NCBI GenBank assembly: GCA_012295275.1
Contig: CM022673.1
Span: 27,714,001-27,778,000 of the forward strand
Length of the DNA: 64,000 nt
From: Chrysomallon squamiferum
Taxonomy: Eukaryota > Animalia > Mollusca
Direction: 5' to 3'
Under the pieces are notes generated by a model. It ran no database searches and was not told the DNA's origin. It was given only the letters and a program-made list of their open reading frames with translations. Of this stretch, positions 1 to 40,216 are shown one piece after another. Both the position numbers and the translations under genes were made by a program. Positions within the stretch are counted from its first letter, which is position 1, and each line of letters begins with the position of its first letter.

Positions 1-148
1 TTCTCATTGATTCTAAGGTTAAAGGAAAATTTGTTCATTAAATATAAGAAAAGAGATAATCAACATTCTGTTCTCTGACAAGATTAAAATTTGATGATGA
101 TTTTTACTGCCTGCGATTGCAATAATGACAACCTTTACATTTTAGAAC

Positions 149-313
149 GTATGTTTAACTACAAAAGGTAACTGAGACAACAGATAAACTGTTGATGACG
201 TATCTTAACTACAAAAGGTAAATGAGACAACAGATAAACTGTTGATGACGTATGTTAACTAGAAAGCGTAAATGAGACAACAGATAAACTGTTGATGACG
301 TATGTTAACTAGA
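149..313. repeat. ~50-bp minisatellite, about 3 copies, intronic
   Basis: Unit gtatgttaactacaaaaggtaaatgagacaacagataaactgttgatgac repeated in tandem; the last partial copy runs into the splice donor at 317-318. Confidence 0.9.
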
Positions 314-318
314 GTTAC

Positions 319-6679
<6,361 letters not shown>

Positions 6680-7040
6680 GAAATGGCTTTTCTTTCAGCT
6701 GGTAATAAAGACAAATCAGATTTAAAAAAAGAAACGACAGTAGAGTTTTCGTTTTTGTATTATGGGACATACAATTTTTTAACAAAATGACATCTATGAT
6801 CATTATAAAAAAAAAAAAAAAAATAACAAATTACGGTTAGTTCATGAAACTGTATATTAAAGAAATTATAAAATACACACAAAAGGCCTAATAAAAAAAT
6901 GGTTCTTCTCTTTAAATCTGTTTATAAAATAAAAGCATAGCCTTCATCATTTAAAACAATGGGTTAAAACCAACATTGAAGTGATACATAAAAACAGATA
7001 TACAAAGATATATTCATATACCATTATGATTTTAACAGCA

Positions 7041-7137
<97 letters not shown>

Positions 7138-7504
7138 TATATATAAACGATTGCAGTAAAGGTTTTGGTCACTTACCTTGTTTTCGTGATTACTGTTACT
7201 AATGGGAAATACAAAGGTACACTATTTACAATCCATAAGACAGTTGTTTTAGTTGCTGATCACGATATTGTTTGGGTCAGTGATAACACATTGTTATCAG
7301 TTCGCGTTACCCTTTGGTCACTTTGCTGTGATAACTGCACAGCAAGAATAAAACTGAACAGTACACACGTTTTTATCTAAACACAGATTACAGTTAGTTA
7401 CTGATTAAGTACTAACTACGCTTTATAATTAACGATGGAGTACGTATGTACTCATGGATGCACGTACATACGTCTGAATGTATACATCTGTCTGTCAGTT
7501 GTTG

Positions 7505-7589
<85 letters not shown>

Positions 7590-7870
7590 AGCATACGTGT
7601 GTGTATGTATATATGTATCTGTGTGTTTTTTTTTGTGTGAGTGTGTGTGTGTGTGTGTTCTGTGTGTGTTTTCTGTATCAGTAAATGCGTAGGCAGTATT
7701 TTTGTTTCAGCTAGATCAAGTTCTCGCCAAAGAATACAAATGTTAATGGGAAGGTTTTTTTCCAAAATGATTTCCTGCTGATCAGCAAGAATAGCCCACG
7801 GATTTGTAGCACCAGGTTTCTTTACTCACATGGTTTATGTAATCTAAACACAAAATTATTTAAAATCTAG

Positions 7871-7951
<81 letters not shown>

Positions 7952-8129
7952 AGATGACAACAGAAAACAAAAACGTCTCCATTTTGTAAAAATCTTTAAT
8001 GTACAAACAGATTTTCCATGAAAACAAATATCTGCTTTATTGGAAAATTTAATATAACAAACTAAATACAGTAATTATAACGAAGGGACAGATAACTACA
8101 CTAACTTATAAGAAACAAAATATATGATG

Positions 8130-8179
<50 letters not shown>

Positions 8180-8186
8180 TATTATA

Positions 8187-8228
<42 letters not shown>

Positions 8229-9146
8229 ATTATTATAATTATTATTAATTATTTATTATAATTTTTATTACTAGTAACACAACTACTACTAATACTAGTA
8301 CTAATATTTTTTTTTTTTTCATTTTTGATTCTTCAGTACATAATAATCAGAAGAAATATATACATGAATACACGAGAAATGGTTAAAATAAATTTATTTT
8401 TAATATAATTACATTAACAGAACAAATATGTGTTATTATTGCTGCCATAGGTATATGTATCATCCACACATAACTAAGACACTACGTTTAATTCAGTTTA
8501 ACATAACTGTCTTTTGTCATCACACATCGATTATAATTATAAATTAACACAGATTCTCTGTTTATTTACTGTAATGTGAAACACGAGGTATTATATGTAT
8601 GTACTAGTTTAGTAATCTACTGAAATCAGTAACATTAAATATGGTAATAATAGCACATAGTTATTGCTCTTACGTGAAAATCATGACAGAAAAAAAAAAA
8701 AAAAAATACCGATCCTTTTACTAATCTAAATCCCTCATCATCTGTGTAATAATAATAAACTTGATAAGAGTATGTTAAAACTCAATTTATTTCATAGTCT
8801 AATGCGAAAAAATGTTCAGTTTTTATGTGGTAGTTTCATGCGTCTTTCATATTTACTGTTAATGTATTTAAAATATGATAACGATCAAAAATATACATTC
8901 CATTTTAATTTATACACAAGAAGCGCAGTTTGTGAAATGTGTTCTTCTAGAAAAAGTTAATATTAAAAGAATAAATGGTTCGGATAATAAGTGATCTGAT
9001 ATTACTGTTGTAGTTAATGCAAGAAGAAGAAAAATGAAGAAATTGTTTTATTATTATCATTATTATCAACGTTATCGGTAAGTAACAGTAGTAAGTGTAG
9101 TCGTTATTCTTAAATTAATTTTGTTTTTTTTTTTTTATTTTTTACA

Positions 9147-9225
<79 letters not shown>

Positions 9226-9389
9226 TATTATTATTATTATTACAATTATTATTATTATTATTATTATTATTGGTATTATTTTTTATTATTAAAATTCACG
9301 TACAAGAGACTGTTATAACACTCAGCAGCATGTATGTATTACTCTGAACAGTACAGTCAGTGAAGTAATTCTGTCACACTCTGACGTTT

Positions 9390-28616
<19,227 letters not shown>

Positions 28617-29582
28617 TGAAACTGTAGGTTAACCCAGCATAAAATAAAAATTTCACTTTCAATCTTTTTTTTTTTTCTCTCAAACAAACAGAAAGAAAAT
28701 CTCCGTGGGTTTTTTGTTGTTTTTTTTTCTATTAGAGCACCGGACAAATAAAATAATTTATCACAAACACAACGCAAGAGTCGTTTTGATAATGACGAAA
28801 AGAATTCAATATTTTTAATCTTCGCAAGACGGAGCTGAAGAAAAAAAACAAAAAGGTTGTTTTAACGTCCCGATTTGTTTGAAACAGCGCCTGCAGGTAA
28901 AACAGAAATGTATCCCAGTCCGCTAAGTAGAAGGATGCTGCGAAGTCTGACGCGAAACGAACACTTCCCAGGTGAATGAGATAAAGACTCTTGTCGCCGC
29001 AGTCTTAACGTTTCAAATGCATTCTTCTCCCGTCTCGATGTCGAAGGACTGCCCGCGACTGCATTGTCTTCAGCTGAACAGGTACAGTTGTCGAGAAAGC
29101 CGTGTTTACCGCAGGCCAATCACAGATTGCATTTATAACAACGTTTGGCAGAAGACATAACGCACTCGGCGACAAAGGTAAATTAGTCACGTGATGCGTG
29201 CTGCTCTTTACACGACGACAGACGGTGTGTTAAAATAAGCTCGAGACAGACGTGGTTAACTATTGTTAGTCGATTTGATATATTTATATATATAATTTTT
29301 TTTTAGTTCATAACGTGTTGTGTTTATTTATCATCAGTTAGATTTATAGAAAGCCGTCTGGTACAAACACATCTATCTGATATTCTTCTCTCTGTCTCAG
29401 TCTCTCTTTCTATCTACTTCTCTGACTCGTTTTCTCTCGCTGATTTTTTCTGTCTGTCTAGCTATCTGTCTAGCTATCTAGTATATATGTATCTGTCTAC
29501 ATACATATATACGTACATATATACAAAGGTACGTACATAAAACATATACATACATACATACACATATATACATACATACATA

Positions 29583-29718
29583 TATATATATTATACATAC
29601 ACATATACATACATACATACATACATACATACATACATACATACATACATACATACATACATACATACATACATACATACATACATACATACATACATAC
29701 ATACAAACATACATACAT
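29583..29718. repeat. (TACA)n microsatellite
   Basis: Long perfect acat run. Confidence 0.95.
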
Positions 29719-29772
29719 ATAATTACGGAGACCGGTTTTATTTATATTTTGAAATCTGTCATTATTGAAGAA

Positions 29773-29804
<32 letters not shown>

Positions 29805-30343
29805 GTACCAGGAATTATGTTAACTGTAAAATGATAGGAATTAGGTTGTAGTCTATCTTAATATAAACTAATGTTTTTTTCAACAGGTATTAACAGACTT
29901 AGCAATTGTTTTTACTATTGTAGTTTCAAGTAAGCAACGCCTCGAGGAATATTTGATAAACAGTGCGGAAAGAGACAACTTGTTTTACAACGAGGCAATA
30001 AAATCTGACAGTTTTGTTTTCTTTTCTGACAGCTCATGTTTGTTAGAAACGGTAAAATCTTTGTTCGTATTCTAACATTTGATATTTTTAAAAAATAATT
30101 TCCTACTTTTTTTTTACTTCTATTTTTAACGTGAATTTTTTTTTTCTTTTCTTTTTTTTTTTTTTTTTTTTCAGCTGGTTTGAAACGAAATATTTTCTTG
30201 ATTTTTCAGATCTTATTACGAAAGTTTTTACGTATGTATGAATGTATGTGACAGTGTGTGTAGGTGGTGAGGCGTTTTTTTTTTTGTGTGTATATATATA
30301 TATATATAATGGTATAACTGTATATGTATTTGTATGAATGGCA

Positions 30344-30718
30344 GTGTGTGTGTGACTGTGTGTGTGTATGTGTGTGTCTGTGTGTATTTGTGTGTGTGTG
30401 TATGTTTGTGTGTGTATGTATGTGTGTATGAGTGTGTTGCGTGAGTATATGTGTGTGTATGTGTGTGTGTATGAATGTGTGTATGTGTGTATGTATGTGT
30501 ATGTATGTGTATATGTGTGTGTATGTGTGTGTATGTATGTATGTGTGTGTATGTGTGTACATGTGTGTATGTGTGTATATATATGTGTGTATGTGTGTAT
30601 GTATGTGTGTATGTGTGTGTGTATGTGTGTATATGTATGTGTGTATGTATGTGTGTATGTATGTATGTGTGTATGTGTGTATATGTATGTGTGTATGTGT
30701 GTATGTGTATGTGTGTGT
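30344..30718. repeat. Compound (TG)n/(TATG)n microsatellite
   Basis: Visible TG/TA tract. Confidence 0.95.
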
Positions 30719-31384
30719 GGTTCACTATCTATTTTATTTTCATTAAACATGAGCAGTTTTTGAGAAACTCTTAAAACTGATGACAGACTGATTTAAAAAA
30801 GCGTTTATGCATGAGCTGCGCTAGTATTAGTAGTACTGACTACGTGTCTGAGGGCGCGTGCGTTTGTGATAAATCACAATAACTGTGATATTAACACATT
30901 GAAAGTGCTAGAAAAACATTTATCATCGTTTTATTTTATTTTTATAAATGAGTTTTAAATACGGTTATCATCAATGATACTGCCATTGTAACAGAAGTAT
31001 TAACAGAAGTAAATTATCATATATAAGAATGGAGAATTATGACTGCGTTGTTAAGGGAAAAAAAGAAAAAATTCTTTGTAAAGAAGAAAGCAAGAACAGA
31101 AAAACAGTTTTAAATTTTAACAATCATCTTTATTATTCCATGTGAAAAATAATAAATTAAAATAAATAAAATAGAAAGATAAAAATAAACTGAAATTCGT
31201 AAATCAGAGAAATCCTCGCAATACTCCAATGTAAACTGATGTCTGATTATTTGAAAAGGTAACTGAATATTCACGTACGTTAAAAACTTACAAAATTTTA
31301 ATAACGTCAGTTCGGGAAGGGAGGTAAATCAGTTTCTCTAACTTAAAGTTCGTCATGGTCTCTGTAAGATCGTATTCAAAATAC

Positions 31385-31807
31385 TTAATTTTCAGATCGG
31401 TAAAAATAGCCGAGTCTGTTGTTGCTGTAGTAAAGTCTAAAGCTGGAAATGTACGTGATGCCAGTTTCCGGCAGACTGCAGTTTGTGGCACACTTCATGC
31501 ATCGAGCGAGCGAGTCACAGACAGAGTTACCGCACCTGTTTCCATACGCCTGGTAATTTGTGAGGTAAATAATACACTGCTCCGTTGGACACGTCACCAA
31601 ATTGTCTTCAGTGCAGGTTGCTATGTTACGATAACAATGACGTCATTAACATGATCTCAACACTCGACGTTATCTATTAAACTCATATAACTCATAACTC
31701 ATATAAACTGTTATAAATAAATAAATTATAATACAGTAACGACAACAGTAACAACAACAACAACAACAGTGACAATGACGATGACGATGATGATGATGAT
31801 GATGATG

Positions 31808-31843
<36 letters not shown>

Positions 31844-32233
31844 CTACTAATACTGTTGCAACTACTATTACTAGCAACAGCAGCTACGACTCCTACTACT
31901 ACTACTACTACTATTAGTACAACTACTACTACTACTACTAATAATAATAATAATAATGACGGACCTACTGCTACTAGAACAGTAACAACGATAGTAAAAC
32001 GAATATCACTTCAGTCTCTGTGTACACCATTCAGATATGATTATAATGTACTTACAGCAAACATTCTCAATTTCTGGACACGTGCTGTACCACGTGCACT
32101 GACCCCCGTCCTGGTAATACGGACCAAACAGGCCGTACCTTATTTGTGACGCGCAGAGTTGTCCTTCCGAAGTAGGTGGCGCCACCAGAATTAGCATGAG
32201 AGTGCCGGTTGATAAAACTAAAATGTTTTTCAT
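31385..32233 (-). CDS. Small secreted cysteine/tyrosine-rich protein (137 aa, 12 Cys, two 6-Cys repeats), no family recognised
   Basis: Exon 32233-32056 (perfect GTAAGT donor, phase 1) joins exon 31620-31385 (acceptor ...aacatAG) in frame: MKNILVLSTGTLMLILVAPPTSEG|QLCASQIRYGLFGPYYQDGGQCTWYSTCPEIENVCSTCTEDNLVTCPTEQCIIYLTNYQAYGNRCGNSVCDSLARCMKCATNCSLPETGITYISSFRLYYSNNRLGYFYRSEN*. An acceptor sits 2 nt upstream of the ATG and a candidate 5'UTR donor is near 32785. Confidence 0.75.
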
Positions 32234-32559
32234 TTCTGAAATATGTTAAATTTTATATGTTACCAAAACATATTTAGTTTTGTTAATACATTGTTAATTT
32301 TTTTACTTTTCAATGATTATTTTATAAATGTGTATATGTAATGAAAAAAAAAAAAAATTAAAAATGGTAAATCTAAAATATGGTCTTTTGATGTTGATAC
32401 TTTAGTACATAACTGTTCAGTCATGAATGGACTAGGGTTTAGTGTTAATATCGCCTTCTTAAGCTTTATAGAATGCTGAACCAAATACTCCTAGTATCAT
32501 TATTTTCCCGTTCCCGCTAGTTAATCAAAGTGCACGGTATATCCTGTTTTTGTCAAGAT

Positions 32560-32642
<83 letters not shown>

Positions 32643-34079
32643 GAGTGCATAGCGTGCTTGTGAGTGTTAACAGGCAAGTTTTAATCGAATATGATTACAT
32701 AACTCGAATAATACCAACCAGCAGTGCAAGTTCGAATTATAATATTTTAGTGTAATGAATTTTGAAAATAAAATCGAAAATTTACCTGATTATATTCTTT
32801 ACTTGATTAAGGTTCGTTACCTTCCTGTTATCATTTAATACAACCAAGAGGTTTTCGGATTTATATTAAGAGCAGTCGGGGACTGTCAGCACAATAGTGT
32901 TTTCTTTTTGGTTTTTAAGTTATTTTTTAAAATTGTTTTCATTACCTTGGACAGGTGTAAGAGCTTTTGTTTCGTTTTTCTTTCTAAAACAAATCTGACA
33001 TCACTGAGATAAAGCACATAAAACACTGTTTAAAACATTATCTTTTTATTTTACATCATCCTTTTGAAATAATCATTTAAACAAATCTCACGTCATTGCA
33101 TAATATAGAGAATGATGGTGTTTAAACTAGCATGTATTTTTTTATTTTATTTATTTTATTTATCTACGTATTGTAAATCGCGTGTTTGAAATAATCCTCA
33201 ATTCATTTTTTAGAGTTACCTCAAAATAACGGTTACGTTAAACAGATTCAGTTTCACACAAAATCTTTTATTTTTCATTTGCGTTTTAGGAACTCAATGA
33301 CTATAAGTTTTTAAAAGGTATTAACAATAAAATAAAAAAATGGGAGATAAAAAGTGTTACAGCCATACAAAGTGCAGATTTTTTTTAATTTTATATTCGC
33401 CTATAGGCGATGTACTTCAACTTTTGATCCGTTTCATCAAAGCAAAGCTTTTTATTAAAGATAACAACATATCTTTTTCACCCATCTCCTCAGAGGGTGC
33501 ATACTAAAGAAATAAATGTTCCCATTCTGTTGTTATTTTCACTGCATTTTATATATTGTTTTAAAAATTTTAAATATTTCGATTGCTACACTGTTGCTGT
33601 TATGGTTTTGTCATCGACAGTGCTGTCTGTATTGCAAGTCATGAATTACTAAAAGTTAAAAAAAAAATCAGTATTATTAATAGGATGGTTTTGTCGCCTG
33701 TGTATCACAGAGTAGTGTGAATGCGTTATACATACTTTTAAGTATTTTTAAAAGGTAAAGAAAATAAGACCTATTAATTAGAGCATTTCATCGTCTTTCT
33801 ATTACAAGCAGTATGTGTTGTCGTTATCGACACCATTATTATTATTATTGTTGATTTTTGTATCAGTAGAAGTGAATAAAATATTCGTGCATTGTCATAT
33901 TCCATTATTGGAAAACGATGATGTAAGCCGTATTTGAACAAGTTACGTAATTTGAAAGGAAAGATCAAAGGGAAAGGTTCACACCAGGATTTCGCGTTTT
34001 CCGCTGATTTCGCTAAGTCATGCTAAGCTGACGTTTCCTATTGTTTCGCGCACGTTTCATTTTCTAGCGGAATGTTGTG

Positions 34080-34110
<31 letters not shown>

Positions 34111-34557
34111 GTTTTGTTTTTGTCAACAGGATGATATGACCGTACTCAGCGCCACTTCCGGAATTAGTGAAACGACAACAGCGCATGACTGGACGTCGTC
34201 TTCGTTTATCTCTTTTGTTTCCTTTTTAAATGTCTTTTGTTGCTGTTGTTGGTGGTGGTGTTAACGTATTAAACGATAGAAAGGTTTGTGTGATGTTGCG
34301 CGGTTCATCAGTCTTTTTAATTCACGTTTTTAGTTAAACGTAAAGTGAAATTCATTTTAAATGTTTTTAACAAATCTCTGTTTGTCCTGACAGCATTATT
34401 ATCAGTGACGACTAAATTATGATTTTTAAAAAATCACAGTGATGAATTGGGACAGGTGATGTTAAAAAGGTACTAAAACTTGTACACAAAAACAGCATTT
34501 CAACGAAGCAGGTATTTGAGATCAATTCACCTGTTAGGATTAATTTTTTTATTTTTT

Positions 34558-34599
<42 letters not shown>

Positions 34600-35967
34600 T
34601 TTATTATTATTATTTTTTATTATTATTAAATTTTTAAAATTTATTTACTTTTCTATTTATTTTTTATTTTTATTTATTTATTTTATTATTTTTTTGTATT
34701 TTATTTGTTTTTTTAATAATAATAATAACGAAGATTAACACAGATGAAATAACATACACACTGTGGAAAATACTTCGCGGTTCATATTGTCAGGTAGGCT
34801 GATATACTGATTAGTACGATTTTTTGATAACCTATAACTGAATATATAATAAAAGACCATCTGTTCGTATTTATGATCTGAAACATTACCTATATACAGA
34901 ACCAGGTCAGTAAAGTTATATAATCAAACTTATGTATATAGTTGAGGTAGAACTGTATCTTTCTCGAGTGTTTATTTTTTAGTTCTTGCCTAACTAGGAA
35001 TAATACATCTCATGTGTACAGGAAATATTAAAATATTAAGAATTTACTTAATGGAAAGCATATTAAATATTTCCGCATGTATATGTAATCATGTAACAAC
35101 AGTTAACTTTTGAAACTGTTCTGCTAATACAGATCCGAGCCTACAAAATAACCTAGCTTCAACTTTGCACATATAAAAAATGTGTTTTCTGATAACAGTC
35201 GTACAGTAAGTATTATTAAAATTAATAAAGGGATTTTTTACTTACGTAATGACCAACAGAAATCAGAAATCTAGTTATAACTGTCCATGAAAAGTTAGTT
35301 ATCTACAATTTTAATCATAATTAATTTGAACTAGCAAGAATAAAACGAAGAGATACTTAAAATAATAATAACAATAGAAGCCCAAAAATAAATAAATACA
35401 TTTAAAAAAAAAACTTGTTTCATATGTATTAAAAAGTTTTTATCTTTCTGTTACAGTATCTAAATAGAAGGCACCATTTTGAATCAAACAAACATATAAA
35501 CACACATATGTTGCGTGCTCACTGAAATTATACTAATAAACAAATCTGTTAAACTTTTTTCACTAAATTTACAAGATGTAGTGAATTGTATCTGTGTTAA
35601 CTAGCATGGATAATAGATTTAAAAAAAAAAAAAGTACCAAGCTATATTTTCTTTAAAAACGTCTTCTTATAAGCTGCAGAAATTTTCCTGTAAAATAAAA
35701 CGTACACATGGTATTTATTATGCTCAAATACACACATACTCGCATCAAAATTCCCTTACGCTTATACAAACAGAACATTAGAAATCTGTCTCTAATCCAA
35801 AACAAACAAATGATATTTTGTTCTAAATAATTAATTTATAAAATACCAAATAGTGCTTGATGACAATCAGGGTAGCAGTGTTCAGGAATATATTATATTA
35901 AAAATTACACATGGCAAGAGTTGTCTCTCTTGGATATTAAAACACAATGCGTAGTGTAATGAACTTA

Positions 35968-36226
35968 TTAGTACAGGGGACATTTCTTCTCGGGGTTCAT
36001 TTTCGATCCTGAAGGACATTTGAAGGCGTGGCTGAATTCTTCTAGATGTTTCAGTTCGAGGTTTATCCTATAATAATAATAGAAATAGCTATAATAACAA
36101 TAATAACAATATTAATAATAATGACAATAATAATAAAAACTAAAATAATAATAATAATAATAATTCGAAGTATTTTCAATAACTTTGTTTAAATCTGTAT
36201 ATCAAATTTTTAATCATTTTTTATTC

Positions 36227-36267
<41 letters not shown>

Positions 36268-37559
36268 ACACACACACACACACATTCACAAATTTCTCTT
36301 AGACATTTAACTTTTATATATGTATGTGTGTGCGAGCGCGCGTGTGTTTGTTACTTGCGAAATTGCATACCTGACATTTTTTACTCCATCAGTTAAAGCC
36401 ATTTCATAACCCCTAGCGTCATTATACGTCTCACAAAACATCTGAAAACGTAAAACGTTTGTGACAGCGTGAGATTTATTGTGTGATGTAACGTATTCCG
36501 AGCTTTTCACGAAACCAGCACATGAATGTTAAGATTATTATCTTTATATAGCACTGCAAGTTTTACTGAATATGATATTTTTAAAAGTGTTACCCAAAAC
36601 AGGAAATTTCATTAATTCTGGGTAACTGCATGCAAGAAGAAAAAAAAAACGACTGAAAGGAAGAAAAGTATTGTGTTTTTCTTAGTTGTTTGTTTTACTA
36701 TGAAGATTTTATGTTGGAGTTGATTGGATGTTGTTTTTTTTTTTTTTTTTTTTGTTATTATTATTTTTTTTAAATGATGATATTGTTGTTGTTGCTTGTT
36801 AATTTTTGTTGTTTTGTTGTTGTTGTTGTTGATATCAACATAATATTCACCTGAGCGTACGAAACAAAGAACATCTGTTCATCATTGAGCATCGTTGGTA
36901 AAGGTCGCAATTCTTTCACTTTACCTTGTTTTTTCCAATCCAAATAAGCCTAAAAATCAAACAAAACAAAACAAAAAATACAAAAATTAATATACAAATT
37001 ACAATTTTTGCCAGATACTTCATGTGAATTTCCAAACACAAGCTCAGCCAACAACAGGCGACGTGTAACTTGGCATCAGAGACGGTAGGTCGCTGGTTCA
37101 TTCCTGCCTATCGCGTTGGTGTAGCTATTTTTCGTTCCAGCTGGACATTCAGGACTGTTTTATCAAAACCAATGTGTTTTTTTTTAAATTCCTAACTACG
37201 AAGTATGTAAAAGATGTCTTGCTGTTTTTCATGCAGCCCTTGATGTTGCAACAGCGGAATTCTGCTTTTGCATCATAATTATACAAAACAGTATTTGAAA
37301 AAATAAAAATAATAATTTGGACTTTATCACTGCGCTGAACTTTTCTCCCCACTCGCCCCAATCGCTTGTTAATTTAGAGTTGGAGATTTTATTTTAAACC
37401 TTTGCTATTTAGTTGTGCGATTTCTCTATTGTTGACAAATGAAATTCACAGAATCCAGGAACTGTGAGTATATTAGTGGATATCTAGTATTCAGAAAAGC
37501 AGTGTTATTTATCTGCATGATTCTTATTGTTCATTTTCACATAGCTATCCCATTGTTTT

Positions 37560-37595
<36 letters not shown>

Positions 37596-37907
37596 CAAAA
37601 ATTAATAAGATAACAGAATTTTTATTTTATATACAATTTACTTACATGAAAGGTAAATCGTACACCTGCGGCATTTCTAATGATGGCGTTTGTGATTTGA
37701 TCACTGATTGGAACCTGAAATTATAATAGAGACAGAGTCGGTCAAAATAATGTAATAATAACGTAATATAATGTTGGAAGTTTGAAAGTCAACCAATACA
37801 AATATTCGATAAAAAGAACAGTGAAATCTAATCGAGATATGGAAGAGGCAAAAATAATGGATCGGAAAACATTTAGTAATCGAAAAAATCGAAAACATCT
37901 CAATAGG

Positions 37908-37939
<32 letters not shown>

Positions 37940-39353
37940 AGAGGCAAAACAGTTCCAAAACCCAGAATCGATCCGAAAATGAAAAAGACGAAAATATCAG
38001 AACGTTGAAATGCAAACAAAAATCAAGAGATCAAAAGTCGAAAGTATTAGGAATAGGAAATATTTAGAAAAATCAAAAGATCAAAACTATCAGAACGAGA
38101 TATGTTTAAAAGTGTAAAAAGGTCGAAAATATCAGAACAGGAAAAGGATAGAAAATCAAATGATCAAAAAGTGGAAATACTAGAACAGAAAATATTTAGA
38201 AAATCAAGAGGCTACAAAATATCAGAAAGTAAAAAATGTAGGTTAAAAAAAAAAAAAAAAAAATCAACATGTGGTAAACACCAGATCAGGAAAATTGTTA
38301 GAAAATCAAAATACCGAAAATACCAGAACGAGAAATATTTAAAAAACGAAAACATATAGAAAATCAAACTAAAAAGCTCAGAAAAAAAAAAAAAAAAATG
38401 AATAGAATTATTCCCGCTACCGTTTCGTCTTCTACAAACGCTGTTGTGAAAGGACCCTGGGTGACGTCAGACGCTGACTCGGTCATGCATTGGTAGACGG
38501 TCTCGTTAAACGCGTTTGCCGAAGCCTCTGTCCAGAATCCATTTTTGTCAGCGATCTTGTTGCCGTGTTTGTCAAACTGGCGACCTGAAACAATCGGGTT
38601 ATTGTTTAAACAAGATTCATGCCTTCCGGATAAATAAGCCATTTTCACCATTTTACGTCTGTAAAATACCTTTATATACAAATAATACAGACAGAGAGAG
38701 TAATATATAAACACAGATAGTATTGTCTGAAGAAAAAGTGTATTCTGTGAACATATATAAACGTAGATAGTATTGTCGTAAAGAAAAAGTGTATTCTGTG
38801 TACACAATACCTTAATAAAGTAACTGCTAAACTACACTACAGTCATTTTAATATTAACAGTTAAACCAACTCGTCTGGTAACTTGTAAAAATGTTCACAC
38901 GAGAAGGAAAACAAAAAAAAAAAAACAACGATTCTTTCTCTACCTCACTACCCACTCTGCTCTTACAAATTACCTCTGCTGTCAATTGCGAATAGAACAG
39001 ATCTCCCGAGCAAAGCTCCTACTGAACCAAACGTGACGTAGTGCGGCATGTCGTAGTTGTAGAGAGGAAACTGCATCAGCCCAGCCGGAAACGTCACCTG
39101 GTTCAACAGGAAGAAGTAGCCAGCGTCAGCAGCGAAGACGTCGAAGTACCACCTCGTCGGGTCCGTAGACGACAGCATGAAGTCGTTCCACTGACGTCGC
39201 TCGTCCGCGAAGAGGTTTACCATGTTTTCAAAATAACTCGAACTGTTGATGTTAAACTGAAAATTACAACAACAACAACAACAAAAAATAAATAAATAAA
39301 TAAATAAAATAAAATTATTATATCATTATATGTACAGGTATGTGTATATGTTA

Positions 39354-39414
<61 letters not shown>

Positions 39415-39435
39415 GTTGTTGTTGTTGTTGCTGTT

Positions 39436-39469
<34 letters not shown>

Positions 39470-40159
39470 GTTATAATCATCAAACTATATTCTAACTGAC
39501 TTAAGAACGTTCGATTATTTATCTAAAATTCTCCATCTGATATAGAAAACATATTTGACAGCCTTGTGACACGGAAATCAAATTTGTACAGCATTCTAAT
39601 ACAGAAATGATATTCTGTTACGATTCTGATACAGAAATAATATTTCACAGGCTCTTAATAATAAACATTCTGACTGGATTCTGACAAAGAAATGATTTTT
39701 GATAGCAAGATAATAAAAATGACCTCTGCATATCGCTTGTCCAGTAGTGCATGGTCAGTGATAAACTCTGGGTATCCTATAAGAAAAGTTATATCGGAAA
39801 CCTGAAAGAAGAAGACAATACGTTTTTACTGAGTCATTCCGAGTTCCGTACATTATGTATAATTAGGTATTAAAATATATCGTTCATCTGAATAGTGTTA
39901 AAAATGCGATGATACAGTAGATTGTCTGTCGTGTTGTTGTTGTTGCTTTTGGGGGGTTACGGGAAAATAATCATGACTTTCTGACATTACCAAAAAGTTA
40001 ATACATAAATAAATAAATAAATGAGAAAAAATAATAGAAATAACCAAATGTGCATGACTGATTCTTTATAACCATTAACAAAACTCATTTTGAAGTGGTG
40101 GCATATTCGTTCATTCTGTCCGTAGCAATAATTAAATGAACTTGATTATTAACTCGTCG

Positions 40160-40216
<57 letters not shown>

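Noticed and set aside
149-313. Regular ~50-bp repeats as a CRISPR array
   Set aside because: The copies are contiguous with no unique spacers, the context is a eukaryotic intron, and there are no cas genes.
31657-31673. Alternative acceptor giving ...CYNVEC-TGA, a possible C-terminal selenocysteine
   Set aside because: It leaves 5 Cys and I see no SECIS. The acceptor at 31620 gives a coherent 12-Cys two-repeat protein.
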